From Candidatus Latescibacterota bacterium (GTDB lineage: Bacteria; Latescibacterota; UBA2968; GCA-2709665), in NCBI GenBank assembly GCA_965208835.1, contig OZ242358.1, forward strand, positions 1,056,001-1,120,000: a stretch of 64,000 nt of DNA. Direction: 5' to 3'. This document shows, in pieces, positions 19,879 through 29,618 of the stretch. The position numbers and the translations under genes were made by a program. Under the pieces are notes generated by a model that was not told where the DNA came from, did not search any database, and saw only the letters and a program-made list of their open reading frames with translations. Each line of letters opens with the position of its first letter. The first letter of the stretch is position 1.

Positions 19879-20847
19879 TCAGGCAGTTTGTATAAGATAT
19901 CCCTTTTTCTTGTTCACCACGTTCATGAGGGGTTCTTCAGCCAGGTAGCGCCGGAGGTTTTCCTTGAAGATTCGAAGGATATTTCCACGTCCCTCTGGAG
20001 AGTACCCGGCTGAGTGGGGAGCGAACACGACGTTGGGCATGTCCCACAACGGGCTGGAATCCGGCAGCGGTTCCTCTTCGAAGACGTCGAGGCCCGCCCC
20101 GGCGATACGTTTCTCCAGGAGAGCCCGGACCAGATCGGTTTCGTTGACGATGGGCCCGCGTGCGATATTCACCAGAAAGGCCGAATCTTTCATCCGGTCG
20201 AAGCAGGTCTCGTCGATAAGTGAGTTCGTGTCTTCGGTCTGAGGCAGCGCCACAATGACGTAGTCTGCATCGGCGATGGCATGCAACAGCTCATCCGCCA
20301 TGAACAGGCGTCTAACGCCGGTTGGCGGCGTTGTGACCTGGGCGTCTACAGCGGTCACCATGAGCCCGAGGGCGTTGAGCCGGGCGGCGATGCTGCGTCC
20401 GATGGAACCCAAACCGAGCACACAAGCCGTTTTTCCATGGATCTGAGTGACCGTGTCAGTATGCCGGTCCCAGATGCGGTCCTTTCTGTCGCGTTCGTAG
20501 CGCATGAGCCCACGGGCGTGGGCGAGCATGAATGCCAGGGCCTGTTCCGCCATCGCGGCGTCGAAGGCACCCGCGGTGTTCGTGATGACCACGTCGCTCT
20601 CGACCATCTCGGGATACAGCATGGTCTCGAATCCCACGCCGATACTCTGTACCCATCGAAGTTTTCCGGCTCTGAGAAAGGGCGCTCGGGGCAGTCGTCC
20701 GTAGACGACTTCCGCGTCGGGAATCTCCCGCAGCAATTCCTCGTCGGAACGCGCGGCGATCGCTTTCACTCGCGGAGAAAGCGATTCGAGTTGTTCCCGC
20801 CATTCGGTCCATGGACCGGCCATCATGACGACTTTAACGGTTGACAT
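19879..20847 (-). CDS. D-2-hydroxyacid dehydrogenase
   Basis: GLGSIG, NIARG, LDVFEEEPL, PH. Confidence 0.92.
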   Translation of the reverse strand: MSTVKVVMMAGPWTEWREQLESLSPRVKAIAARSDEELLREIPDAEVVYGRLPRAPFLRAGKLRWVQSIGVGFETMLYPEMVESDVVITNTAGAFDAAMAEQALAFMLAHARGLMRYERDRKDRIWDRHTDTVTQIHGKTACVLGLGSIGRSIAARLNALGLMVTAVDAQVTTPPTGVRRLFMADELLHAIADADYVIVALPQTEDTNSLIDETCFDRMKDSAFLVNIARGPIVNETDLVRALLEKRIAGAGLDVFEEEPLPDSSPLWDMPNVVFAPHSAGYSPEGRGNILRIFKENLRRYLAEEPLMNVVNKKKGYLIQTA

Positions 20848-20958
20848 TGCAATCCCTCATGAAGCGCGGATCAAATAAACGCCGGAATGGCGACAGCACG
20901 TTCAGGCGCGGGAACTGGACCGCCGGCCGGCCGCGCCGGCAGGTCGCTTCCGCGATCC

Positions 20959-21125
20959 TGGTGTTCTGTCCCGAAAATAAGTTGCCAAAATTCGACCGCC
21001 GAGTCGCCCGGCTCGCAAGGCGCCGGAGCGCAGGCGACCTGCGTAAGGTCGGCGAGCGAGGGGAACGTAGCGAGACGGGATGAATCGGCGGTCGAATGGT
21101 GAGGAATTTTTGGGACAGGACACTA
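20959..21125 (-). repeat. MITE-like element, copy 2
   Basis: Reverse complement of 14901-15059 with a small insertion. Confidence 0.85.
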
Positions 21126-21741
21126 CAGGGCAGTAGTATATTCCTTTAGCCGGCGCAAGTCAAGAAGCGACAAGTGTTGGTACGCCTCGCCCGGTGACAA
21201 CAGGAAACGAGCCGGATTTCCGGTCAGACCGCGGCCTGAGCAGCTTACTTGCGCCTTTGGGAAAGCGGGGCGGTCATCGCAAATCGGAATTCGGCCTTGA
21301 ATTGCGCAAAATATCGGAAATTTTTTCGCTCATTCATTGCCATTTGCGGCGATTTTACTATATTAGTAACAGAATTGCAGTATTTCAGCCTACCCGGCGC
21401 GCTTTTCCCCATGGGCTCTCGTTTCCGAAACGCGCCAGGTACAACCTCCCCTGGAATCTCTTAGCGGTCAAGAGACACCCGATGACATCCTGTCACACCG
21501 CAATAGGAGAAACTGCCTATGGTGATTAGGGAGGAGTCGTTTGTACGCCCTTCTGTCACGATAACGATCGGGATCCGGTAGTCACAGGGTCCGGGTATTG
21601 ACGGACAACACCAGGTTCAGTCCATATGGGTCGTCATGAGCCGATTCACCGCAAACGCCGCAGCTGCCGGCGGCCGCTTTCACGGCGAATCAAACCCATC
21701 ACCAGCCCGATCGCGAAACCCGAAACATAAGGAATTGCGCT

Positions 21742-24393
21742 ATGAAGTCCAGTTTCAGTTTCAAAATGACGAAGTTCGTATTGTGGCCCGTCGTGTTTGC
21801 AATGTCCATCCTTCATTTGACGACCGGTGTCTCGGTGTCGCAGGAAACCGAGGGGACGGCCGAATCCGATTCCTCGGAAATCATACTTGACGAGATCGTC
21901 GAACTGGAAGAGCTGGTCGTGATCGGCTCTCGCAGACCGCGCTCCGCGACGAAATCGGTCGTGCCCATCGACGTCGTCACCAGCGAGGATTTCGTCAAGC
22001 AGGGCGGCACGGATATGACCGACCTGTTGCGAAATGTGATTCCGTCCTACAACGTCAACTCACAGCCCATCAGCGACGCTGGCACGGTCGTCCGGCCGCC
22101 GAACCTGCGAGGCCTTGCGCCGGACCACGCACTGGTGCTCGTCAACGGCAAGCGCCGGCACCGGGCGGCGGTGATTCACTGGCTGGGCAACGGCGTCGCA
22201 GACGGCGCGCAGGGCCCCGACCTCACCGCCATCCCCGCCATCGCCCTGAAACGTGTGGAGGTCCTCCGCGACGGCGCCTCGGCGCAATATGGATCCGATG
22301 CGATCGCGGGCGTGCTGGACTTCCGCCTGAAAGACAGCCACGAAGGAATGGCCGCGGACGTGAAGGTGGGGAGCTTTCAGGATGGGGAAGGAAAGTTCCT
22401 GGGCGACGGCGAGATGTTCACGGCCGCGTTCAATATTGGTCTGGGCAACGAGAACACCTGGGCCAACCTCAGCCTGGAATATGGAAATACCGGCGAAACA
22501 ATCCGCTCGGTGCAGCGCAATGACGCCGCGGGGCTGATTTCGGCGGGCAATACCGAGGTGGCGAATCCCGCCCAGATCTGGGGTCAGCCATTCGTTCGCG
22601 ACGACCTGAAAATCTTCGCCAACTACGGCGCCACCCTTGGCGAAACCGTCGATTTCTACGGCCACGCGAATTATGCCGATAAGGAAACGGAGGGCGGGTT
22701 CTATTTCCGGAATCCACATACCCGCAGCGGCGTGTTCAAGGGGCCGCTGATTGACCTGGACGGGGACGGTGAGGCCGAGACGCCATCCCTGCTGGTCGGC
22801 GACCTGGACGGCGTGGGTCAGGGCGGTGAATGCGTGCCGGTTCCCATCATTAACAACAGACCGGAACAGAACGCATGGCTCCAGGTTCGGGACGATCCCA
22901 ATTGCTTTTCCTTCCTGAAGATGTTTCCGGGGGGATTCACGCCGCGATTTGGCGCGTTTACAACGGATGAATCCATCCTGATGGGCATCAAGGGCACCGG
23001 TATCGGGGGGCAAGCGCTCGGATCGTGGGACCTGAGCATGTCTTACGGGCGTCACGAGGCGGACTACTTCATCTTCAATACCGTGAACGCATCCATGGGT
23101 CCCGCAACGCCCACGTATTTCGATCCGGGTTCCTACGTCCAGTCGGACGTCGCCGTAGATTTGGGTGTGACCTATCCAGTGAACCCGCAGGTCTTCCTTG
23201 CGGCGGGCGTGGAGTACCGGAAAGAAACGTTTGAGATCGTCGAGGGCCAGATCGAGTCCTATATTATCGGCCAGCCGCTGGCCAGCCAGGGATTTCAACC
23301 GGCGACGAACGGCTTTTCCGGCTTCAGCAAAGTGGCCGCCGGCAGGTGGTCGAGACCGAACATAGCGGTTTACGCGGAAGGGGACATTCAGCCCTCGGAC
23401 CGAGCGTCATTTTCCCTTGCTCTGCGCCAGGAGCGTTTCGACGAATTGAAAACGTTGTCGAATACGCCGCCGCTGACATCCGAGAAGTACAATTCCAGCA
23501 ACTACAAGGCTGCTTTCAACATAGGCTTAACCGAGAACGCCAGGGTTCGCGGCAGTTACAGCACAGGCTTCAGGGCGCCCACGCCCGGCCAGCAGAGCGC
23601 CTTCAACATCACCACCGAGTTCAACTTCGAGAAGAACGACCTGGTGAACAACGGAACGGTCCCCTCCACAAGCCGGGCGGCCGCGTTGAAGGGTGCCAAG
23701 CCTCTGGTGCCCGAGAAGTCCAAAAACCTCTCGCTGGGTGTCGTCCTGGATATGGGCAATGCAAGCATGACCGTCGATTACTTTGACATCAGGGTGAACG
23801 ACCGCCTGACGGTTTCGCAGGACTTTGCACTTACTGATTCTGAGAGGGAGCAACTCATCAGGGAGGGCCTCACCAGCGCGGCAGGCCTGCAGGAATTCCG
23901 CTTCTTCACCAACGACTTTAACTCCAAGACCCAGGGGATCGACGTGGTGTTTTCGGCACCGGTGGGTCTGGGCGTGATGAACATCGCATACAACTACACC
24001 GGTACGAAGGTTACGGAACACAATCCGGAAATTCTGGACGACCTTCGGCTCAGGGAACTGGAGGAGAATCTTCCCAAACAGCGCGGGAACCTGACCATCA
24101 CCCAGACGCTCACGAGCCGATGGGACGTGCTGGGCCGCATCAGCTATTTCGGCGAGTGGTACGACTCCGAAGACGATCAGGTCTACAGCGGCAAGGTCCT
24201 GATCGACGCCGAGACCAGTGTATCGTTCGACGACTACAGGTCGAAGGTTGCGATCGGCGCGCAGAACATCTTCAATACCTATCCCGACGAACACGAGAAG
24301 GCCAGGGACAGGACGGGCAACAAGTACAGCCAGTTCAGCCCGTTCGGATTCGGCGGCGCGTTCTGGTACGCGAAATACAGCTTCCATTATTAG
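21742..24393 (+). CDS. TonB-dependent receptor
   Basis: TonB box ELVVIGSR, plug motifs LVLVNGKR and VEVLRDGASAQYGSDAIAGV, aromatic C-terminus. Confidence 0.95.
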   Translation: MKSSFSFKMTKFVLWPVVFAMSILHLTTGVSVSQETEGTAESDSSEIILDEIVELEELVVIGSRRPRSATKSVVPIDVVTSEDFVKQGGTDMTDLLRNVIPSYNVNSQPISDAGTVVRPPNLRGLAPDHALVLVNGKRRHRAAVIHWLGNGVADGAQGPDLTAIPAIALKRVEVLRDGASAQYGSDAIAGVLDFRLKDSHEGMAADVKVGSFQDGEGKFLGDGEMFTAAFNIGLGNENTWANLSLEYGNTGETIRSVQRNDAAGLISAGNTEVANPAQIWGQPFVRDDLKIFANYGATLGETVDFYGHANYADKETEGGFYFRNPHTRSGVFKGPLIDLDGDGEAETPSLLVGDLDGVGQGGECVPVPIINNRPEQNAWLQVRDDPNCFSFLKMFPGGFTPRFGAFTTDESILMGIKGTGIGGQALGSWDLSMSYGRHEADYFIFNTVNASMGPATPTYFDPGSYVQSDVAVDLGVTYPVNPQVFLAAGVEYRKETFEIVEGQIESYIIGQPLASQGFQPATNGFSGFSKVAAGRWSRPNIAVYAEGDIQPSDRASFSLALRQERFDELKTLSNTPPLTSEKYNSSNYKAAFNIGLTENARVRGSYSTGFRAPTPGQQSAFNITTEFNFEKNDLVNNGTVPSTSRAAALKGAKPLVPEKSKNLSLGVVLDMGNASMTVDYFDIRVNDRLTVSQDFALTDSEREQLIREGLTSAAGLQEFRFFTNDFNSKTQGIDVVFSAPVGLGVMNIAYNYTGTKVTEHNPEILDDLRLRELEENLPKQRGNLTITQTLTSRWDVLGRISYFGEWYDSEDDQVYSGKVLIDAETSVSFDDYRSKVAIGAQNIFNTYPDEHEKARDRTGNKYSQFSPFGFGGAFWYAKYSFHY

Positions 24394-24456
24394 AGCGGGG
24401 ATGAGTCTGACGCGGGCGGGACCGCCGCGTCGATTCACTCTGAAACGAAACACAAG

Positions 24457-24496
24457 AAAACGCAACGGCAGGATGTATTGCCGTTGCGTTTTTTTT
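24457..24496. terminator. Bidirectional intrinsic terminator
   Basis: AAAACGCAACGGCA/TGCCGTTGCGTTTT stem between convergent genes. Confidence 0.85.
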
Positions 24497-24514
24497 CTAA
24501 TGGGAGACGGCGTG

Positions 24515-25324
24515 TCAGCCCGTCGGAGGCGAATCCGGTGTATCGGCGTCGTACACGACCGGGCAACAGTCCGTGTTGTGAATGAACTGGGCGAGGGTGC
24601 CTTCCGACGGGGCAACGGGGCACGAGTTTTCCGTGCGCATGTGGATGGCGAAACTCCGCCGGGGCGCGCCGGAACGGTTGGGACGGCTTCCGTGGAAGGT
24701 GAGGCAGTGGTGGAACGAAATGCCCCCCGGCGGAAGGATCGCTTCCTCTTCACGCCACGTTTCGCCTCGAGGCAGGGTGATCTGCTCGCGCTGAATCTCG
24801 ATATCGTCGAAGTAAAAATCGCCCTGGTTGAGCAGTCCCCATCTGTGCGAACCCTTCACGAAGGCCATGGGGCCGGTGTCAGCGCTCACGTTGGAAACGG
24901 CGACCCACGCGGTGAACAGCTCGCTGCCCTCCTTCCAGGTCTTCCAATACTGCCGGTCCTGGTGCCATCCTACGCTGACGCCGGACCCGGATTCCGTTCT
25001 TACGGGCGGCTTGGAAAGGAGCTGGACCCACCAGACCTGTACCCTACTCGCGCCGGTGACTTCCGCTGCAAGCCGTCCGATAGCGGGATGGCTGACAAGC
25101 TCCATAATGGCGTGGTTGGCAAGCTGGGGCATTTCGACCTTGCCCAGCTTGTTCGGGTCGTCGCCGGGGTTCCAATAGGAGGGTTGCGGGGGAATACCTG
25201 TCTCGTATCGACCAGCCAGCACGTCATCCATGCCATCCATGCAGCGTTGCACGAGTTCTGCGGGAATCACGGGTTGCGGGTGGATGACGTAGCCGTCGCT
25301 CAGGTAATCTTCGTGGCGTGCCAT
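24515..25324 (-). CDS. PhyH-family Fe/2OG dioxygenase
   Basis: WHQD, TAWVA, FVKGSH, TFHGS..N..PRR. Confidence 0.9.
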   Translation of the reverse strand: MARHEDYLSDGYVIHPQPVIPAELVQRCMDGMDDVLAGRYETGIPPQPSYWNPGDDPNKLGKVEMPQLANHAIMELVSHPAIGRLAAEVTGASRVQVWWVQLLSKPPVRTESGSGVSVGWHQDRQYWKTWKEGSELFTAWVAVSNVSADTGPMAFVKGSHRWGLLNQGDFYFDDIEIQREQITLPRGETWREEEAILPPGGISFHHCLTFHGSRPNRSGAPRRSFAIHMRTENSCPVAPSEGTLAQFIHNTDCCPVVYDADTPDSPPTG

Positions 25325-25352
25325 GGCGTGTTCCTCTCGTCCATCCCGGATC

Positions 25353-26990
25353 TCACCAGGCCGCGGCATAGCCGTCCCGGCGCGGGTCCGACCCGCCGAT
25401 GAGCGTGTTGGTTTCCGGGTGGATGGTGATCGCCTGCGCACTGCCGGGACCGCCCCAGTCGCCCAGGATCCGGAGGTCGTGGCCGAGCCGGGCTAGGCCT
25501 TCACGGACGTCTTCGGAAAACCTTCCCTCGAGCTGAAGGACGTCTTCGCAGGTATGCGGGACCGTGGACTCCATCGGGTTCTGCAGGCTGCGCCATCGCG
25601 GCGCCTCAACGGCTTCCTGCGGGGTCATGCCGAAATCCAGAATATGGGTGATGAGCTGAAGATTGGTCTGTACCTGGGTGTCCGCGCCCGGCGTGCCGCA
25701 GACGAGTACGGCCTTGTTGCCCCGGGTGACGATGACCGGGTTCATGGTATGGCGTACCCGTTTCCCGGGCATGAGGCAGTTAGGATGGTCCTCTTCCAGG
25801 TGCCAGTACGTCATCCGGTTGTTGAGAAGGATACCCGTATTTCCGGCGATCAGGCCGGCGCCGAACCCGGACTGGATGGACTGCAGCACGCAGACGGCGT
25901 TTCCCCACCGGTCGGCCGTGCAGAAGCACGTGGTGTCCTCGTGGGACCCGGGCAGCCCGGCAGGGACGTCGGTTGCCGCGCGGTGAAGGTCGATTCGCCG
26001 CGCTTGCCGTGCGGCGTACGATTTGGAAAGCAGGCCCCTGAGCGGGATGTCCAGCCAGTCCGGGTCGGCAACAAAGGCTTCTCTGTCGGAGAACGCGAGC
26101 TTCTTGGCCTCCACCATCAGATGGATACACTCGGCCGTATTGCAGCCAAGGGACTGCAGATCGAAGCGCTCGACGATATTCAGCTCCTGGAGAAGGATGT
26201 GGCCGCTGGAGTTGGGCGGTGTTTCGTACACCGTGTGGCCCCTGTAGGTGGTGTGAATGGGATCTGTCCACCGGGCGTGGTGGTCCGCCAGGTCTTCTAT
26301 GGTAAGCAGGCCGTCTCTGGAACGGCTGAATGCGACGATGGCCTCCGCGATGTCGCCCTCGTACAGGGCCGACCGGCCTTCCGCGGCGATTCGGCGCAGC
26401 GTAGCGCCCAGGTCGCTCTGGCGAAGGACGTCGCCGGGACCGAGGGGCTGGCCGTCATTTGTAAACACGTTGCGGGTGAACGGGTCGGAGGCAAAGTTCG
26501 CGGTCCAGCCGGAAAGGCTTCCAGACAATTGGTGACTGACGGGAAACCCGTCTTCGCAGAGTGAGACAGCGGGTTCGAGGACCCGTTCGAGACTGAGCAG
26601 GCCGTGGCGTTCGTGGGCGATCAGCCAGCCGTCCACCAGGCCGGGGATGGAGACGCTCAGAATACCCCGCATGGGAATACCGCCGCGTTCCATATAGAAT
26701 TCCCGTGTGGCCGCCCGCGGTGCGGCGCCGGTGGCGTTGACGGCCGAGACTGCGCCCGTATCGGACCGGTAGATGAGCAGAAAGCCGTCGCCGCCTGCGC
26801 CCGATGCGGCTGGTTCGACAACGCCCAGCGCTGCGGCCGTCGCAACGGCGGCGTCGATGGCGTTTCCGCCTGCCATCAACGTGGTGATGCCGGCCTGGGA
26901 TGCCAGAGGGTGGCCGGAAGCGACGAGCCCGTTCCTTCCCATCACGGATGGGCGAAAGGCAGGATGGCCGATACCATGTGGAGATTGCAT
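25353..26990 (-). CDS. ggt: Gamma-glutamyltransferase
   Basis: GGNAIDAA, PPNSSG, DTT nucleophile, GTPGAD, GGSDPRRDG. Confidence 0.92.
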   Translation of the reverse strand: MQSPHGIGHPAFRPSVMGRNGLVASGHPLASQAGITTLMAGGNAIDAAVATAAALGVVEPAASGAGGDGFLLIYRSDTGAVSAVNATGAAPRAATREFYMERGGIPMRGILSVSIPGLVDGWLIAHERHGLLSLERVLEPAVSLCEDGFPVSHQLSGSLSGWTANFASDPFTRNVFTNDGQPLGPGDVLRQSDLGATLRRIAAEGRSALYEGDIAEAIVAFSRSRDGLLTIEDLADHHARWTDPIHTTYRGHTVYETPPNSSGHILLQELNIVERFDLQSLGCNTAECIHLMVEAKKLAFSDREAFVADPDWLDIPLRGLLSKSYAARQARRIDLHRAATDVPAGLPGSHEDTTCFCTADRWGNAVCVLQSIQSGFGAGLIAGNTGILLNNRMTYWHLEEDHPNCLMPGKRVRHTMNPVIVTRGNKAVLVCGTPGADTQVQTNLQLITHILDFGMTPQEAVEAPRWRSLQNPMESTVPHTCEDVLQLEGRFSEDVREGLARLGHDLRILGDWGGPGSAQAITIHPETNTLIGGSDPRRDGYAAAW

Positions 26991-27004
26991 TGTGTTCTCC
27001 GGAC

Positions 27005-27213
27005 GAAGCTGTTTTGATATTACCGGTGAGTTCCCGAGCGCGAGCGAAAAGCGGCGGTTATGAGGCGCGAGGGGCGCGCAGCGCCGACGGGAGAATTCGC
27101 CTATGAGAGGCGAGCAAGCGCAGCCTCGATCTCGTAAGACGGGTGGGTTTGACCAACGCCGACCGGCGCCTTTGCAGCCGTGCGAAGACCGCTGGGAATT
27201 TTAAGACAGCCTC
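27005..27213. repeat. Degenerate MITE-like element
   Basis: Imperfect terminal IRs GAAGCTGTTTTGATATTACC / GAGGCTGTCTTAAAATTCCC (15/20); single copy in the window. Confidence 0.4.
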
Positions 27214-27276
27214 CAAGTCGATGGTTGATATCCGACCGGTTCAACAGCCAGTTGGATCCGACGAAGGAAGCGTGAA

Positions 27277-28560
27277 TCAGGTTTTGGTACGGAACATCCC
27301 GGAGTAGGGTACGGGATCGAGGAATATACCGCCGCTTTCCCGGTAGTAGTCCTCGTCCAGGACAAATGCGCCCGATCCGGGCGTGAGCCATGGCGCGTCC
27401 GGGATGGGGTACGCGGCAATCAGGTCGGCCCAGTTTCCGTAGTTCTCCGGCCCGTTGGATTCGATCAGACCGCCCCGGATACCCGGGAATGCCGGCAGGC
27501 GGGCCGCGACGTTCTTGTTCCACTCCACCAGGAGGGGAATGCACCCGTTGTCGGCCACGAAACACGGTACGCCGGCTTCCGCCGCGGCGCGCACCATCCC
27601 GAAGGCGAGCGAAAGGGTCTTGCCGGCGGGCTTGATGGCGACGGCCCCATACCCCTGGCTTGCCCGTGTGCCCACGTCCTCCACCGTCTGTACGCTCTCG
27701 TCTGCCGCAAACCTGGCCGGCAGGTCGCCCACGTCGAATTCATCGGGATTCCGAAAGGGCTCTTCGATGAGGACGATGTGTTCGTGTATTCCGGTCTTGA
27801 GCGCGTGGTCCAGCAGGCGAGTCAGGGTTTCTTTTTTCGCGTAACGTGCGTTCGCGTCCAGATAGTAGAGGATTTTTCCCGAATCCGTCATCGGCGTACT
27901 GTATTGCGAGCCAACACGATGGATGCGGTCCAGCCACTCGATGTCCTTCCGGACCATGTCAGCTTCGGCGCCGGGTTGGCCGATCTTGATCTTCAGGATG
28001 TAGACACCCGTGTCCAAGATGGCCCGCAGTTCATCGACGGGCATCCCATAGCCTGCGGCAGGGGCAAGGCCGAGATGGGACTGGCGGTCCGCAAGAAACG
28101 GTCGGTACGCAACGGGAATGAGGTTGTCGAACGTGGCGATCCCGTTACGCTTCGCATGAAGCATCCACGCGGCGTTGTCCAGGGCGACCAGGGCGATCAG
28201 AGAAAACGTGAGTCGCAGACCGCGGTTCCGGGTGACGGTCCTGCCGTAGTCGTGTACGTGCGGCAGGAGTTCCGACAACATCGCGGGCGGGTCCGGGAAC
28301 TCCCGGTCCACCGCCTGCTGAATCGCGAATTCCAGGAGCGCGGCCATGAGCAAATTGCCGCCGACTTCGGTCTGGTTTGAAAACACGTCGGGATCGGACC
28401 AGAGTACGGCGGTGCCGCCCACGCCCACAGCTTCGGTACCGTCTTCGTCTGTAAGGCGCACGATCAGATTCCACTTTTCGTGGAAGGCGGCGCCCTTGAA
28501 CGCGAACGGCCTCGCGAAGGGTTGACGCTGCATTTCGAGATCGGCGCGGACGATTCGCAT
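27277..28560 (-). CDS. Enolase superfamily (mandelate racemase/muconate lactonizing-like) protein
   Basis: LKIKIG, LDAN, IEEP, ADES, IKP. Confidence 0.8.
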   Translation of the reverse strand: MRIVRADLEMQRQPFARPFAFKGAAFHEKWNLIVRLTDEDGTEAVGVGGTAVLWSDPDVFSNQTEVGGNLLMAALLEFAIQQAVDREFPDPPAMLSELLPHVHDYGRTVTRNRGLRLTFSLIALVALDNAAWMLHAKRNGIATFDNLIPVAYRPFLADRQSHLGLAPAAGYGMPVDELRAILDTGVYILKIKIGQPGAEADMVRKDIEWLDRIHRVGSQYSTPMTDSGKILYYLDANARYAKKETLTRLLDHALKTGIHEHIVLIEEPFRNPDEFDVGDLPARFAADESVQTVEDVGTRASQGYGAVAIKPAGKTLSLAFGMVRAAAEAGVPCFVADNGCIPLLVEWNKNVAARLPAFPGIRGGLIESNGPENYGNWADLIAAYPIPDAPWLTPGSGAFVLDEDYYRESGGIFLDPVPYSGMFRTKT

Positions 28561-28567
28561 GCTCGCG

Positions 28568-29578
28568 CTACTCCCAGCGGGTAAGGTCAAAGAGGACGCC
28601 GAGGAAGGCGCCTTTTTCGTTGAGGAGTCCGCGGTATGCCGCGTCGGCCTGCGAGGCCGGGAGGACATGGGTAAGCAGAGGGGCGACTTTCAGGCGTTCG
28701 CGGGCGATATAGTCCAGCATGAGTTCGTCGGGGTCCGGATCTCCGAATTGCGACGCGTCGGGCTGCCTGGAACCGTGCGCGCCAATAACGGACACGCCGG
28801 TGCGGTGAAGGTCGAAATACAGGTCGATCTCGGCGCTGCCGCGCGGGCTGCCCAGAAGGACAACCTGTCCCATCTGTGACGCGGTTCGGATCGCCGGCGG
28901 GGCCACTTCCGGGTTGCCCGTAGCCTCGACGACGATCTGGCAGCCCTCTCCGTTCGTGATGGCGTTGACGCGGTCCTCCAGATCCTCCGCTTCCGGATTG
29001 ACGCAGGCGTCGATGCCGCAGGTTCTTGAAATGGCGAGCCGTTCCGGAACCGCGTCTATGCCGATGACCAGGCGGGCGCCTGAGAGAATCATCAGCTGCG
29101 CGGCGAGATTGCCGACCAGGCCCTGACCGAAAACGGCGACGGTGTGGCCGAGCCGGACGTTTGAAAGGCGGACCGCGGTGAGCGCGATCCTTGCGATAAC
29201 CGCAAACGGCGCGTGTTGAAGCGACACATCCTCAGGCAGTCTCAACAGAGACCGGTCGGCGGGCACGAGGGCATGCGAGGCGTGCTTGCCCCTTACGTAC
29301 ACCGGATCGCCTTCACGCACGGCGTCCACGTCCCGCCCCGTGAGGAGTACGCGGCCCACCGATGCATAACCGGGGTCGAAAGGAAAACTGGCATAGCCGA
29401 AGTCCTCCCGCGTAAAGCCCACGTGTGTCTGCGTAAACATCGCCAGTTCGGTGCCGGGGCTGATCAGGCCGTACAGGTTTTCGACAAGGACCTCGCCGGG
29501 TCCAGGCGTGTCCTGGATTTCGACGTCGACGGTTTCGACCTTCATTCTTTCCGTAAACACAAGCTGTCTGGCCTTCAT
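28568..29578 (-). CDS. MDR-family (zinc-binding-type) dehydrogenase
   Basis: ISPGTE, PGY, GQGLVG, VEATG. Confidence 0.88.
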   Translation of the reverse strand: MKARQLVFTERMKVETVDVEIQDTPGPGEVLVENLYGLISPGTELAMFTQTHVGFTREDFGYASFPFDPGYASVGRVLLTGRDVDAVREGDPVYVRGKHASHALVPADRSLLRLPEDVSLQHAPFAVIARIALTAVRLSNVRLGHTVAVFGQGLVGNLAAQLMILSGARLVIGIDAVPERLAISRTCGIDACVNPEAEDLEDRVNAITNGEGCQIVVEATGNPEVAPPAIRTASQMGQVVLLGSPRGSAEIDLYFDLHRTGVSVIGAHGSRQPDASQFGDPDPDELMLDYIARERLKVAPLLTHVLPASQADAAYRGLLNEKGAFLGVLFDLTRWE

Positions 29579-29618
29579 GATACGATCCTTCGCGACGGAT
29601 GGCCGCGCAATGCGCGTG

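Noticed and set aside
21400-21741. Cobalamin or other known riboswitch before the TonB receptor
   Set aside because: I could not find a B12 box or other consensus motif by eye.
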